Part shown: in pieces, positions 10,683 through 20,360 of the stretch
Numbering within the stretch: position 1 is the first letter of the stretch
Layout of the letters: each line of letters begins with the position of its first letter
Origin: Candidatus Sungiibacteriota bacterium
Lineage (GTDB): Bacteria; Patescibacteriota; Minisyncoccia; Sungbacterales; HO2-52-23
Direction of reading: 5' to 3'
Assembly: GCA_016180435.1 (NCBI GenBank)
Contig: JACPBG010000001.1
Coordinates: 136,358 to 200,357 of the forward strand
Length of the DNA: 64,000 nucleotides
Notes under the pieces: generated by a model
The model's database searches: none
The model's input: only the letters and a program-made list of their open reading frames with translations
What the model was told of the DNA's origin: nothing
Translations under genes and position numbers: made by a program

Positions 10683-11141
10683 ATGCGTATGAATAAATTG
10701 CTGGATTTTTTAAGGTCTCAGAAACTGCTTGTCGTGGCCTGCCATGATAAAGACGATATTTGGATCGCAAATGTATATTTCGGGGTCGATGATAATTTCA
10801 AAATATATTTTATAAGCCCCGAAAATACAAAGCATAGTCAGTTGATAGCTGAAAATCCTGCAGTTGCTTTTTCAGTTGCATGGTTTAATCCAAATAATCA
10901 CAAAGATCGAAAGGCAATACAGGGTCTTGGAGTTTGCCGGCCCGCAAAAACCGAAGAAGAAATTGCAGAGGGGGTGCGACTGCATAATCACAATTTTCCG
11001 GAATTTAAAAACAAAATTACAGTGGAGTGGATTCACACCAACGAATACAAATCGCGTGTATGGATTATTGAACCTTCGTATATGAAATACTGGGATGACG
11101 AGTTATATGGCGACAAAGAGACCGAGGAATTCAAATTTTAA
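10683..11141 (+). CDS. Pyridoxamine 5'-phosphate oxidase-like FMN-binding split-barrel protein
   Basis: WIANVYF..IYFIS..TKHSQLIAENPAVA..AIQGLG pattern. Confidence 0.75.
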   Translation: MRMNKLLDFLRSQKLLVVACHDKDDIWIANVYFGVDDNFKIYFISPENTKHSQLIAENPAVAFSVAWFNPNNHKDRKAIQGLGVCRPAKTEEEIAEGVRLHNHNFPEFKNKITVEWIHTNEYKSRVWIIEPSYMKYWDDELYGDKETEEFKF

Positions 11142-11336
11142 CCCCAGACACGCCCACTCACCTATTTTTGATTTTAACGGAGTTATAATAAAATAATTTG
11201 ATCCTAATTTTTATTTAAATTATCAACATTTTAACAATAAAGGCAAATTTGCACGCTATAAATACGCGACAATAAACGCAATTGCGTTTATATACTGCGT
11301 AGATCTCTTGCGTCTATATTTGTCTCTAAATAAACA

Positions 11337-13124
11337 ATGATCCAGAGAAGAATTGCGCCGCATAGGCGAAGCGCGGCCATGCACGGCGATACGCGCACCG
11401 CGCACCGGCGACGCTTCCCTAAAGCATTTTTTCAGAAAATAATCCCCTCTTTCCAGAGAGGCCAGTTAAAATTTATCCCCTTGGGCGGATGCGGAGAAGT
11501 CATGCGCTCAATGTACATATACGAATACGAAGACGACATCGTAATCATTGACATGGGCCTGCAATTTCCCCAGGAAGATATGCCGGGAATTGATTTTCTG
11601 ATTCCCAATGTGGAATACCTGAAACCGCGCAAAAAAAATATCAGAGGAATAATCATAACTCACGGCCATTATGATCACATGGGCGCAATCCCCTACCTTC
11701 TTGATCCCCTGGGTAATCCCCCAATCTATACTCTGGCGCTCACCCGCGGCATGATTTTAAAAAAGCAGGATGATTTTCCACATTTGCCGCGGCCGAAAAT
11801 TGAAGTGGTTACCACGGAGTCGCGCTTGAAACTAGGCCAAATCGATGTTGAATTTTTCCATGTAAACCACAATATTCCGGATAGCATGGGTATTGTTTTA
11901 AAAACCCCGGCCGGAACCGCAGTGCATACGGGTGATTTTAAATTTGATCACCATCCGGTAAACGAACGCCCGGCTGACATTCCGCGTTTATCCGCCATAG
12001 GCAAAAGCGGGGTACTGCTTCTTGTTTCGGAATCAACGGATGCCGAAATGCCCGGGCACCAAATTTCCGAATCCGATGTACAGCGTTCGCTTGAAGAGAT
12101 TTTTAAGGAGGCACGGGGGCGAATTATTGCCGCAACCTTTTCATCCCTCCTCACGCGGATTCAGCAATTAATCTGGCTTACGGAAAAATATGACCGCAAA
12201 ATTATTATCGAAGGACACAGCATGAAACAAACCGTGGAAATATCGCGGGAGCTTGGATATCTGAAAATAAAAAAAGGCACGCTAATCACCGCCAAAGACA
12301 TTGACCGGTTTCCCGACGGACGAATCGTGATTGCCTGCACCGGAGCTCAGGGCGAAGATCATGCGGTGCTTATGCGTATCGCCAATAGCGAGCATAAAAC
12401 CATTGCCATAAAACCCACGGATTCAATTATATTTTCTTCATCCGTTATCCCGGGAAATGAAGCCACGGTCCAGCGCCTAAAAGACGTGCTTTATAAAAAA
12501 GCCGCCAAGGTATACCACTATGCCAGCATGGACATCCATGCCGGAGGACACGCCAAACGGGATGAGCTTGCGCAAATGATACAGCTGGTAAAGCCTAAAT
12601 TTTTCATACCCATCCATGGAAATTATTTTATGCTTAAATTGCACGCCGAACTTGCGGAAGAGACCGGAATCCCCCGCCAAAATATCATGATTGCCGAAGA
12701 CGGAGATATAATAGCGATGAATCGCGAGGAAATCAAAAAACTTAAAGAAAAAGCGCCGGTTGATTATGTTATGGTGGATGGTCTGGGCGTAGGCGACATC
12801 AAAGAAGTTGTTCTTCGCGATCGCCAGCATCTGGCCGAGGACGGAATTTTTGTTATAATTGCCATAGTAGATGCCAAAACCGGAAAAATGCGCACTTCGC
12901 CCGACATTATCTCACGCGGATTTATTTATTTAAAAGAATCCCAACACCTTTTGAAAGAAGTGCGGCTTAAAACCAAAACCATAGTTGAAGAAATCACCGT
13001 CGGCGGGTCGCATCCCATAAACTGGACGTATATAAAAGACGAACTTCGCGAAAAAATCGGGCAATTCCTATTTACCAAAACGCAAAGACGGCCAATGGTT
13101 TTACCGGTGGTAATTGAAGTATAA
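11337..13124 (+). CDS. rnj: Ribonuclease J
   Basis: IPLGG.GEV, THGHYDHMG, HTGDFK, IHAGGHA, PIHG and C-terminal RRPMVLPVVIEV. Confidence 0.97.
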   Translation: MIQRRIAPHRRSAAMHGDTRTAHRRRFPKAFFQKIIPSFQRGQLKFIPLGGCGEVMRSMYIYEYEDDIVIIDMGLQFPQEDMPGIDFLIPNVEYLKPRKKNIRGIIITHGHYDHMGAIPYLLDPLGNPPIYTLALTRGMILKKQDDFPHLPRPKIEVVTTESRLKLGQIDVEFFHVNHNIPDSMGIVLKTPAGTAVHTGDFKFDHHPVNERPADIPRLSAIGKSGVLLLVSESTDAEMPGHQISESDVQRSLEEIFKEARGRIIAATFSSLLTRIQQLIWLTEKYDRKIIIEGHSMKQTVEISRELGYLKIKKGTLITAKDIDRFPDGRIVIACTGAQGEDHAVLMRIANSEHKTIAIKPTDSIIFSSSVIPGNEATVQRLKDVLYKKAAKVYHYASMDIHAGGHAKRDELAQMIQLVKPKFFIPIHGNYFMLKLHAELAEETGIPRQNIMIAEDGDIIAMNREEIKKLKEKAPVDYVMVDGLGVGDIKEVVLRDRQHLAEDGIFVIIAIVDAKTGKMRTSPDIISRGFIYLKESQHLLKEVRLKTKTIVEEITVGGSHPINWTYIKDELREKIGQFLFTKTQRRPMVLPVVIEV

Positions 13125-13128
13125 AAAT

Positions 13129-13150
13129 AAGCCGACGTAACTCGGCTTTT
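13129..13150. terminator. Probable bidirectional intrinsic terminator
   Basis: aagccga-cgtaac-tcggctt hairpin with A/T flanks between convergent genes. Confidence 0.6.
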
Positions 13151-13919
13151 AACTTGATAATGCTGTATGAGTCCGCATGGCTGCCAAAAATGTTTTTTCA
13201 AGCTCACGCTTGGCGCCCTCAACGGCATGTTCAAACGCCTTAGACGCCTTTTCCAGAAAAGAATTGCAATGATACTTTCGCATTGCTTCTATGAGTACAG
13301 TAGTATTTTGACGTCTTTTCTCTAATTCCGGTAGTTTTTTTGCTCGATCCTTTAGCAACCTGAATTTCGTGTGCTGCCGCATAAAAATATATACTTTCGT
13401 CCACCAAGGCGATGATTCAAGACCGGACACATCTTTGATTTCTTGCTCCAGCAACCCAGCCCTTGCCTCTAACAAGCAAACAAAATTACGAGACGCCTCA
13501 AGATGTTTTATATACCGTTCATCTTTCTCCAATTCTTCTCGGGCTGCTAAACCATAAGCAAGAAAGGTGTGGACAATAGCTTGAAATGAATTTCCGTTCT
13601 CCACCTGTTTTATCGCATAATCAGCAAATTCATATCCGCGTTTAAATTCAGGCTTTTTAACAATCTCTTCTGCCATCGCTCGACACTTATCACCCATTAT
13701 TTTACCAACGGATTCCAACACCGCCTTATCCTCCGGAATTACCGCATTTCGAATACAGCACCATACGGCATCATTGAACCATCCGAAATCACACAATTCT
13801 TCCAGAGAAATAAATTCCTTGTTGATAAATGGGTTGGGGCATAAATCCGAATCGTCTGAAACTTTCCACACTCTTGTTTCGTGCATCAATTGCGGAGTTG
13901 TACGCATAAAAGTCCTCAA
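13149..13919 (-). CDS. Hypothetical helical protein
   Basis: 256-aa ORF with no recognisable motif; start uncertain. Confidence 0.6.
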   Translation of the reverse strand: MRTFMRTTPQLMHETRVWKVSDDSDLCPNPFINKEFISLEELCDFGWFNDAVWCCIRNAVIPEDKAVLESVGKIMGDKCRAMAEEIVKKPEFKRGYEFADYAIKQVENGNSFQAIVHTFLAYGLAAREELEKDERYIKHLEASRNFVCLLEARAGLLEQEIKDVSGLESSPWWTKVYIFMRQHTKFRLLKDRAKKLPELEKRRQNTTVLIEAMRKYHCNSFLEKASKAFEHAVEGAKRELEKTFLAAMRTHTALSS

Positions 13920-13962
13920 ATTTTCAAACGGCTTATATTAAAATATCATCAATGTTCACGGT

Positions 13963-13990
13963 TTGTCAAACGCCAGCCAAATGCTATAAT
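13963..13990 (+). promoter_or_regulatory. Sigma70-type promoter facing trpS
   Basis: TTGTCA-16 nt-TATAAT with an extended -10 TG. Confidence 0.55.
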
Positions 13991-13998
13991 TAAATAGG

Positions 13999-14325
13999 TC
14001 ACTGCTTTAGCAATGACCTCATGAATTCTTCTTCGCCCGAAAGAGCTTTAGTGAATCTCAGATATTTATCTTCATCGCCGATAATAAAATCCCTGATAAA
14101 ATCGGCATGAAACAAACCAAGAACACTCGTATCTTCTTTTTTATGGCGAACGGATGCGGGCAACTGATCGTTTGTCATCTTCTCGATCTCTCGCACAAAC
14201 CTATCCTCATCGCCTGATACAAATTTATAAATAACAAGCCATACGGCATAACCGAGCGTAACTATTGAAAAAATACTAAGAAACTCTTCGAGCCGGTCCA
14301 ACAAAAAATTTATGGTTGCCATCAT
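13999..14325 (-). CDS. Small hypothetical membrane protein
   Basis: ORF with one hydrophobic segment (FLSIFSIVTLGYAVWLVIY). Confidence 0.5.
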   Translation of the reverse strand: MMATINFLLDRLEEFLSIFSIVTLGYAVWLVIYKFVSGDEDRFVREIEKMTNDQLPASVRHKKEDTSVLGLFHADFIRDFIIGDEDKYLRFTKALSGEEEFMRSLLKQ

Positions 14326-14377
14326 TAAAATGACTCTCCGACATTCAATGTACTGTAAATAAATTACCATTTTAACT

Positions 14378-15478
14378 ATGGAAAGTCAACAAACATTATT
14401 AAGCGGAATACAACCCTCCGGGGATCTCCATATCGGAAATTATCTCGGGGCGATTAAACAATGGGTGGAACTGCAAAAAACCCACCGCGTTTTTATCACA
14501 ATCGTAGATTTGCATGCCATCACGGTACCGCAAGATCCGGAAAAACTTCGCGAAAAAACTTTAGAAACCGCGGCCTTACTTTTGGCCTGCGGCATTGATC
14601 CCAAAAAATCCGTGCTTTTTATACAATCCCATGTACCGGCGCACACCGAACTTATGTGGATTTTGAATACCCTAACACCTGTCAGAGAACTACTGGAAAT
14701 GACACAATATAAAGAAAAGGCACCCGGACTTAGAAAAATTGTAGCAAGAGGACGTGCGGGACTACTTTCACCGCATGGGGGTGGACTACTTTCACCCGCC
14801 AACATGGAATTAAAAGAAGATTTAGGAAATATGGGCCTTCTCGATTATCCGATATTGCAGGCCGCCGATATTTTACTTTATCAACCGGACATAGTGCCAA
14901 TTGGTGAAGATCAACTTCAACATCTGGAACTTACCCGGACCCTGGCGCGAAAATTCAATAATCGCTTCGGGGAGACATTCAAAGAGCCAAAAGCCCTTAT
15001 TAATGCAGGTACCGGACGCATCATGGGACTTGACGACCCGTCCAAAAAAATGTCCAAATCCGCCCAGAGTCCAAATAATTATATCGCTTTACTTGATTCG
15101 CAGGATGAAATCCGCCGTAAAATTAAAATCGCCGTAACTGATTCAGAAAAAGGAGGGACCGAATTCTACAAAAAGGCGCGACCGGGCGTGGTAAATCTTT
15201 TAGCGATTTATGCGGAATTTTCGGATTTGACTATGGCTGATACTCTGACTAAAAGTTGGGAAAACTATAGTAACAGATATAGTGAACTAAAACACGATGT
15301 AAGCGAAATTGTAATAGAAAAACTTTCCAAAATTCAAGAAAAATACAAGGAAATTTCTACAGACAAAGAGGGGCTTCTCACGATCCTCAATTCCGGCTCC
15401 CAAAAAGCCGCCGAAGTTGCCAATAAAACTCTTACCGAAGTGAAAAATAAAATTGGGCTTGTTCCGTTAGAGTTTTAA
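14378..15478 (+). CDS. trpS: Tryptophan--tRNA ligase
   Basis: SGIQPSGDLHIGNYLG, YPILQAADIL, GEDQLQHLELTR, KMSKS. Confidence 0.98.
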   Translation: MESQQTLLSGIQPSGDLHIGNYLGAIKQWVELQKTHRVFITIVDLHAITVPQDPEKLREKTLETAALLLACGIDPKKSVLFIQSHVPAHTELMWILNTLTPVRELLEMTQYKEKAPGLRKIVARGRAGLLSPHGGGLLSPANMELKEDLGNMGLLDYPILQAADILLYQPDIVPIGEDQLQHLELTRTLARKFNNRFGETFKEPKALINAGTGRIMGLDDPSKKMSKSAQSPNNYIALLDSQDEIRRKIKIAVTDSEKGGTEFYKKARPGVVNLLAIYAEFSDLTMADTLTKSWENYSNRYSELKHDVSEIVIEKLSKIQEKYKEISTDKEGLLTILNSGSQKAAEVANKTLTEVKNKIGLVPLEF

Positions 15479-15610
15479 TACTTATCTAAATTATTTTCCA
15501 ACGTTAATCAATCCGGATTATAACCGGAATATTTTTATCTATTGACTAAAAAACTCTAATGGGATAAAAGAAAGAATGGGATTTGTTCTTTGATAGACGG
15601 AGTATGCAAT

Positions 15611-16213
15611 ATGCCGTATGATGAGAAATTCTTTGAGGCATACCGGGAATACTTGAAAGAGCCGATAGTACGCAAAAATCATGATCATGTTTTCCGGATC
15701 TTTGCCTATCTTATGCTCACCGAAATCCCGCACGTTATGGATCTTGGCTGTGGCATTGGCGAATATGCCATGTACGATCCGTATCACATGAAATATGTTG
15801 GAATTGATTTGCATAACCCCGAGGGAATAAAACCCTTCATCCAGACGGACTATACCGCGCTTGATTTCATGGGCAAAACTCCTTTCCGCCCGAATGCATT
15901 CATCAGTTTGTTTTCCACCGAACTTTTCCTATCCGACCGCGCCAAATACGCTTTTTATGAGAGGATTTTTCGGGAACTTCTCCACATACGATTCGGTATG
16001 GTAAGCGGATTTTTTTATGAATCCAGACGCCGCCAAAAAATACTTAAGGAACTTGAGGGAACAGACAAAGAGGTTACCAGCCGCCAGACAATTGAGCATC
16101 CTTCGCGTTATATCTCTGATCATTTTACGGAGATGCGAATCCATATGCATACGCCCTCACAAATGTTTGGCCAAGACGTGGTTGAAGTATGGAAAATTTT
16201 TGTTAGACGTTAG
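15611..16213 (+). CDS. Class I SAM-dependent methyltransferase-like protein
   Basis: VMDLGCGIGE motif I and YVGID motif. Confidence 0.65.
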   Translation: MPYDEKFFEAYREYLKEPIVRKNHDHVFRIFAYLMLTEIPHVMDLGCGIGEYAMYDPYHMKYVGIDLHNPEGIKPFIQTDYTALDFMGKTPFRPNAFISLFSTELFLSDRAKYAFYERIFRELLHIRFGMVSGFFYESRRRQKILKELEGTDKEVTSRQTIEHPSRYISDHFTEMRIHMHTPSQMFGQDVVEVWKIFVRR

Positions 16214-16760
16214 CAAAAAAGAATCTCCACGGCTTATTTCTCCACTTTCCGGCATAATCCACCCCGATCCGTTTGCCGCGCTTAATATCTCGCGCAGAAA
16301 TTCTAATTCCGCGGTCTTCTATCCAGAGACCGCTTTTTTTATTGGCGGACATTTTATTGAACCGCTTATCAATTTTAAAATATTTACACACTCTCCCCGG
16401 ACCCGTTATCATCTGCGTGAATCCGCGTATAGATCCGCGTGGATCCGCTTCTACCCCCACAGAACGTATCAAAATTGCCGCCGGATATCCCTCGCGCTCG
16501 GTTATGATGTTCAGACAATGATGCATGCCGTAAACAAGGTACACATACCAATACCCTGGTTTTCCGAACATAACTTCGGTGCGCGGAGTTTTTCCGCGGG
16601 ATGCGTGCGAAGCGCGATCATACGGCCCCACATAGGCCTCAACTTCAGTGATTATTCCTTCAATCCGGCGCTTGCCGATTTTTCGCACTAAAAATTTACC
16701 CAAAAGTTTAGGGGCAATTCTTAGTGTTGAATCATTAAAAAAAGAGGTGATAAGTATCAT
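16203..16760 (-). CDS. mpg: 3-methyladenine DNA glycosylase (MPG/Aag family)
   Basis: ITEVEAY, YVYLVYGMHHCLN, AILIR, GPG and RIGV..PWRF. Confidence 0.93.
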   Translation of the reverse strand: MILITSFFNDSTLRIAPKLLGKFLVRKIGKRRIEGIITEVEAYVGPYDRASHASRGKTPRTEVMFGKPGYWYVYLVYGMHHCLNIITEREGYPAAILIRSVGVEADPRGSIRGFTQMITGPGRVCKYFKIDKRFNKMSANKKSGLWIEDRGIRISARDIKRGKRIGVDYAGKWRNKPWRFFFANV

Positions 16761-16815
16761 TTTTTGCCGCAAAACAGTGACAGAGATAATATAGAGATTA
16801 CATTAAGGTCTATCA

Positions 16816-16857
16816 ATGTTTTTCATTAATTCGCGATCGCGAATTAATGAAAAACAT
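16816..16857. repeat. Perfect 42-bp palindrome centred on GCGATCGC
   Basis: atgtttttcattaattcgcgatcgcgaattaatgaaaaacat; sibling at 43661-43694. Confidence 0.9.
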
Positions 16858-16897
16858 ATAAAAATATTAAATTTCAGATTAATCAGAGTCCGGCTTG

Positions 16898-18094
16898 TTA
16901 AATCTTAGCTAGTGCCAACTTTAAATCCTCAATCAAATCCAGAGGGTCTTCCCTGCCGATTGATAATCGCAAGGTCCCTTGAGTAATTTCAGCCTTGGCG
17001 AGTTCTTCTTTAGTCAATTGCCCGTGCGTAGTGGTGGCCGGATGAATCACAAGTGAACGCGACTCACCAATATTTGGCGCATGCCAAAAAAGGCGCAATG
17101 ATTCCAGCACGCGTTTAGCGTCACGTCTTCCGCCTTTTATTTCAAAGGCCATGAGTCCCCCAAAACCCTGCGGCATGATTTTTTTATTCTCCCGCGCACG
17201 GGGACCGAAAGCGGGATAAAATACACGCCGAACTTTGGGGTGCTTTGAAAGAAACCGGGCAACCCTAAGAGCGTTTTTCGAGTGTTCCATGACCCGGCCA
17301 AAAAGCGACTCGGCATGCGATAGAAAAATCGCGGCATTGTCCGGAGACATGCAAGGCCCCAATGTCCTAAACCAACCAAGTCGCATGTCGTCAATCAATC
17401 TTTTCTTCCCGACAATGCATCCGCCGATCACCTCGCCATCGCCAAAATATTTTGAGAGCGAATGCCACACGATATCTGCGCCCCGTTTCAAAGGCTGCGC
17501 CAGAGCCGGGGTTGCCAAAGTGTTATCTATAACCAATTTTATGCCATGACGATGCGCGATTTTAGCAATCGGACGCGGATCAAACAAATCAATAAGGGGA
17601 TTGGATGGATTTTCCAACGCAAGAAACCGGGTATTAGACCGAATGGCGCGTTCCCACTCGTCAAGATCATATGGATTTTCCAGGAGAGTAACCTCAATAC
17701 CAAGTTTCGGGAGCAATTCACGAAAAAGATGCAACACGCCGCCATAGAGCCGGTTAGACGAGACAATATGTCCGCCGCCATTCGCGAGGTGCAAAGATAT
17801 TATAAGAATCGCGGACATGCCGGACGAAGTAGCAAGTCCGGCCTCTGCTCCTTCCAACACTGCGACCCGTTTTTCCAAACGATCAACAGTGCGATTATTA
17901 ATACGGCTGTAAATAAAACCCCCTTCCTTTCCTTCAAAAAGGCGTTTGGCTCGTTCAAAAGATCCAAGGGGGTAAGCAGTTACGCGGTCAACCACGGGCC
18001 GAAGTTCGTGATCTTTGAAATCACCTCCTCCATGTATTTCAAGGGTTCGCGGCCTCAATTTCCATAGATTTTTTGCTGAAAGTTTTTTCTTCAT
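16898..18094 (-). CDS. PLP-dependent trans-sulfuration enzyme (MetB/MetZ/methionine gamma-lyase family)
   Basis: YSRINN, SSGMSA, LYGG, ENPSNP, DNTLATP, HSLSKY; start moved to ATG 18094 because the track extension overlaps tRNA sequence. Confidence 0.92.
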   Translation of the reverse strand: MKKKLSAKNLWKLRPRTLEIHGGGDFKDHELRPVVDRVTAYPLGSFERAKRLFEGKEGGFIYSRINNRTVDRLEKRVAVLEGAEAGLATSSGMSAILIISLHLANGGGHIVSSNRLYGGVLHLFRELLPKLGIEVTLLENPYDLDEWERAIRSNTRFLALENPSNPLIDLFDPRPIAKIAHRHGIKLVIDNTLATPALAQPLKRGADIVWHSLSKYFGDGEVIGGCIVGKKRLIDDMRLGWFRTLGPCMSPDNAAIFLSHAESLFGRVMEHSKNALRVARFLSKHPKVRRVFYPAFGPRARENKKIMPQGFGGLMAFEIKGGRRDAKRVLESLRLFWHAPNIGESRSLVIHPATTTHGQLTKEELAKAEITQGTLRLSIGREDPLDLIEDLKLALAKI

Positions 18095-18105
18095 ATCGGT
18101 TTTAA

Positions 18106-18294
18106 TCGCCCCATGGGGAATTGAACCCCGGTTCCTAGGCCCTGCCCTCCCGCCTTTTACCAATCAGCCTCACCGGGATTCGAACCCGGGTTACCAGGAT
18201 GAGAACCTGGCGTCCTAGACCAAACTAGACGATGAGGCCAAAAAGGTGGGAAGGTGAAAGAACCTAGTGTCCTAGGCCACTAGACGATAGGGGC
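18106..18294 (-). pseudogene. Interrupted Glu-type tRNA-like gene enclosing tRNA-Glu(CTC)
   Basis: 5' half GCCCCTATCGTCTAGTGGCCTAGGACACTAGG at 18294-18263; 3' half CCTAGGAACCGGGGTTCAATTCCCCATGGGGCGA at 18139-18106. Confidence 0.75.
18165..18239 (-). tRNA. tRNA-Glu(CTC)
   Basis: GGCCTCA/TGAGGCT acceptor, CCAGG-TTCTCAT-CCTGG anticodon arm, GGTTCGAATCC. Confidence 0.95.
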
Positions 18295-18468
18295 ATAAAT
18301 CGCCAGAATTTTGGAAAAATCTGGACTAGACCGGACTAGACGACAGGAGTATAAAAAATGGGTCGGTCGGAGCCGTAACGTGTTATATCTCATCATATAC
18401 CATCATCTTACAATGAATAATGATAAATGAGGAGTTATTTTGCAGGAGGTCTATATATTCACCGGACC

Positions 18469-18723
18469 TTATTTCTTAATTAAATTAAACAAAACCGCGA
18501 AAAGCCATACTCCCAGAAACGCAATTATATTCCAGATGACCAGGCCGGAAAGAAATGTGCCAAATGTCAAAACGTTGCGGCCCACATCAAGATCAGTGTG
18601 AAGAGCGTACATCATAAATCCAAAACGGATCCCGGGAAATAATGCCACTCCGGTAAAACATATTACATAGACCGCACTAATCCAGGCGGCACTAACTTTT
18701 AAAAGATGCATTGTATTAATCAT
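18469..18723 (-). CDS. Small 2-TM membrane protein (DUF5676-like)
   Basis: VYVICF..YALH..F..GL..W..LFN pattern. Confidence 0.65.
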   Translation of the reverse strand: MINTMHLLKVSAAWISAVYVICFTGVALFPGIRFGFMMYALHTDLDVGRNVLTFGTFLSGLVIWNIIAFLGVWLFAVLFNLIKK

Positions 18724-18803
18724 TATTTTAAAAATATTATTACAGTTATGCTCGACCTTTTGACGATTTTCTCCACCACTAAAATGACGATATAATCCAT
18801 TAA

Positions 18804-18995
18804 TTATTTTTTTACAACTATCCAAATAAGAAAACCTATAACGGCCACTGCCAGGAATCCCGCCAGAATCAAAGAGCCGATCGCCGGGCCAGCCGCAACT
18901 GTCTCTCCGGCATGCTCTTCTACCTCCTCACCCGCGTGCGCGAGAACAACGGAAACCGGAAGTAAAAAAATAATTGCTGAAAAAAATTTTCCCAT
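18804..18995 (-). CDS. Small membrane protein with AHAGEE motif
   Basis: Signal-like N-terminus, VLAHAGEEVEEH, C-terminal TM. Confidence 0.6.
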   Translation of the reverse strand: MGKFFSAIIFLLPVSVVLAHAGEEVEEHAGETVAAGPAIGSLILAGFLAVAVIGFLIWIVVKK

Positions 18996-19016
18996 GTTAT
19001 TAAATGCGTGGGTTTA

Positions 19017-19247
19017 CCCCACACTTAATTTTAACTGCCGCTTTCGTTTCCATCCAAGGCAAGATGAACATCTGTTAAGAAATGCGGGCGTATCACACCA
19101 GCTTACTCTGGACGGCACGAAAACGGCCTGCCCGCCATATGCCCGTCTCACAAGTAAAGGCGTTACTCGAAACTTCACTGCAGTACTGAACCCCGTCTTA
19201 ACTTCATATACAGGCGTATGGCAGGCGGGTTAAAATTAAGTGTGGGG
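19017..19247. mobile_element. MITE-like element family G with a nested insertion at 19127-19229
   Basis: TIR ccccacacttaattttaac/gttaaaattaagtgtgggg; inverted copy without the insert at 43724-43854. Confidence 0.85.
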
Positions 19248-19248
19248 C

Positions 19249-20346
19249 CTACATCGCCGGGGCAAAAAACGGAAATGTAAGAAGACCCCAGAGGATAAAA
19301 ACAATAAATAATATCGCAAAAGTCCTACGCGACATTTCTTTTTTTTTCTTGAAATAATACCAGATAAGAACGGCTGACGGCACAATCAGATTAAACCAGG
19401 CGCCAAGCCAAAAGAGAGGCACCATCTCTTCCACCAAAGGAATCGCCGCTTCAGCTATCCGCTTTCCACCGATATCACTTACAAAGCGATTCAGTCCTTC
19501 ATGAAAAATAGAGCCCTCGTACCACATGTGCCCGAAAATGCCGTTTAATATGATAAAGGACGAAATTCCAACTAATGCCCAACCGGTAATTTTATCTACC
19601 ACGGCTTTACGTTTGATCAATCCACCGGTGGCATTAACCCCTAATATGCCAAGAACCGAAAAGAAGAGAAGGGGTAAAACTCGTCCCAAACCATTTACCG
19701 CCATGTACCAGGCGCCCACGGCAATACTGCCTGTTCCAGCCGCGGCAGTCAATATCAAGTATGTTACGGGATTGGGACAACCTACACCGGCATTGCCCAG
19801 AAAAAAACCCAGAAACAAGGCCTTAAAATAATCAGGCTGTTTCTGAATAAACGACGGCATGCCGGTATAGGCGGGCATCTTGAAACCAATTAAGGCAAGC
19901 TCGGACATGCCGAAAATAAAAGCTGCAACTCCGGCTATAAAATAAAGAATCCGGGTCGCGCTATCCAATCCTAAATATTGGCCCACCATGGCAATACCGG
20001 CTCCATAAACCGAAAGCATGGCAATCAATCCAACCCCAAAAAGTAAAGCTATGGTCAAGCCTTTACGGTAACCCTTGCCCATAGAAAGCGGGACTATAAT
20101 AAAAACCAGAGGCAAAGTGCAGGGCAACACAATATTGGAGACACCTCCGACGAAAGAAAGAATAGTGGTCAGCGTTTTGGCGGGGGAAGTTGCCAGATAG
20201 GTAAGAAAAATTATTATGGCTGCGAGCATAGCAAAAGCCAGCCCAACAAAAAACATTTTCATTTTCTGTGTTGACTGCGGCGATATTTCTTCCGGCAAAG
20301 ACGCGGCTGTTTCTTCCGGCGAAGGTGTGATTGTTTTGTTGTCCAT
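19249..20346 (-). CDS. CcdA/DsbD-beta family thiol-disulfide membrane transporter
   Basis: Multi-TM protein with LPCTLP and GCPNP cysteine pair. Confidence 0.85.
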   Translation of the reverse strand: MDNKTITPSPEETAASLPEEISPQSTQKMKMFFVGLAFAMLAAIIIFLTYLATSPAKTLTTILSFVGGVSNIVLPCTLPLVFIIVPLSMGKGYRKGLTIALLFGVGLIAMLSVYGAGIAMVGQYLGLDSATRILYFIAGVAAFIFGMSELALIGFKMPAYTGMPSFIQKQPDYFKALFLGFFLGNAGVGCPNPVTYLILTAAAGTGSIAVGAWYMAVNGLGRVLPLLFFSVLGILGVNATGGLIKRKAVVDKITGWALVGISSFIILNGIFGHMWYEGSIFHEGLNRFVSDIGGKRIAEAAIPLVEEMVPLFWLGAWFNLIVPSAVLIWYYFKKKKEMSRRTFAILFIVFILWGLLTFPFFAPAM

Positions 20347-20360
20347 ATTAAGACCCCTAA

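Noticed and set aside
18095-18163. N-terminal extension of the trans-sulfuration enzyme given in the track
   Set aside because: It translates the tRNA-like 3' half and linker; ATG 18094 is the more plausible start
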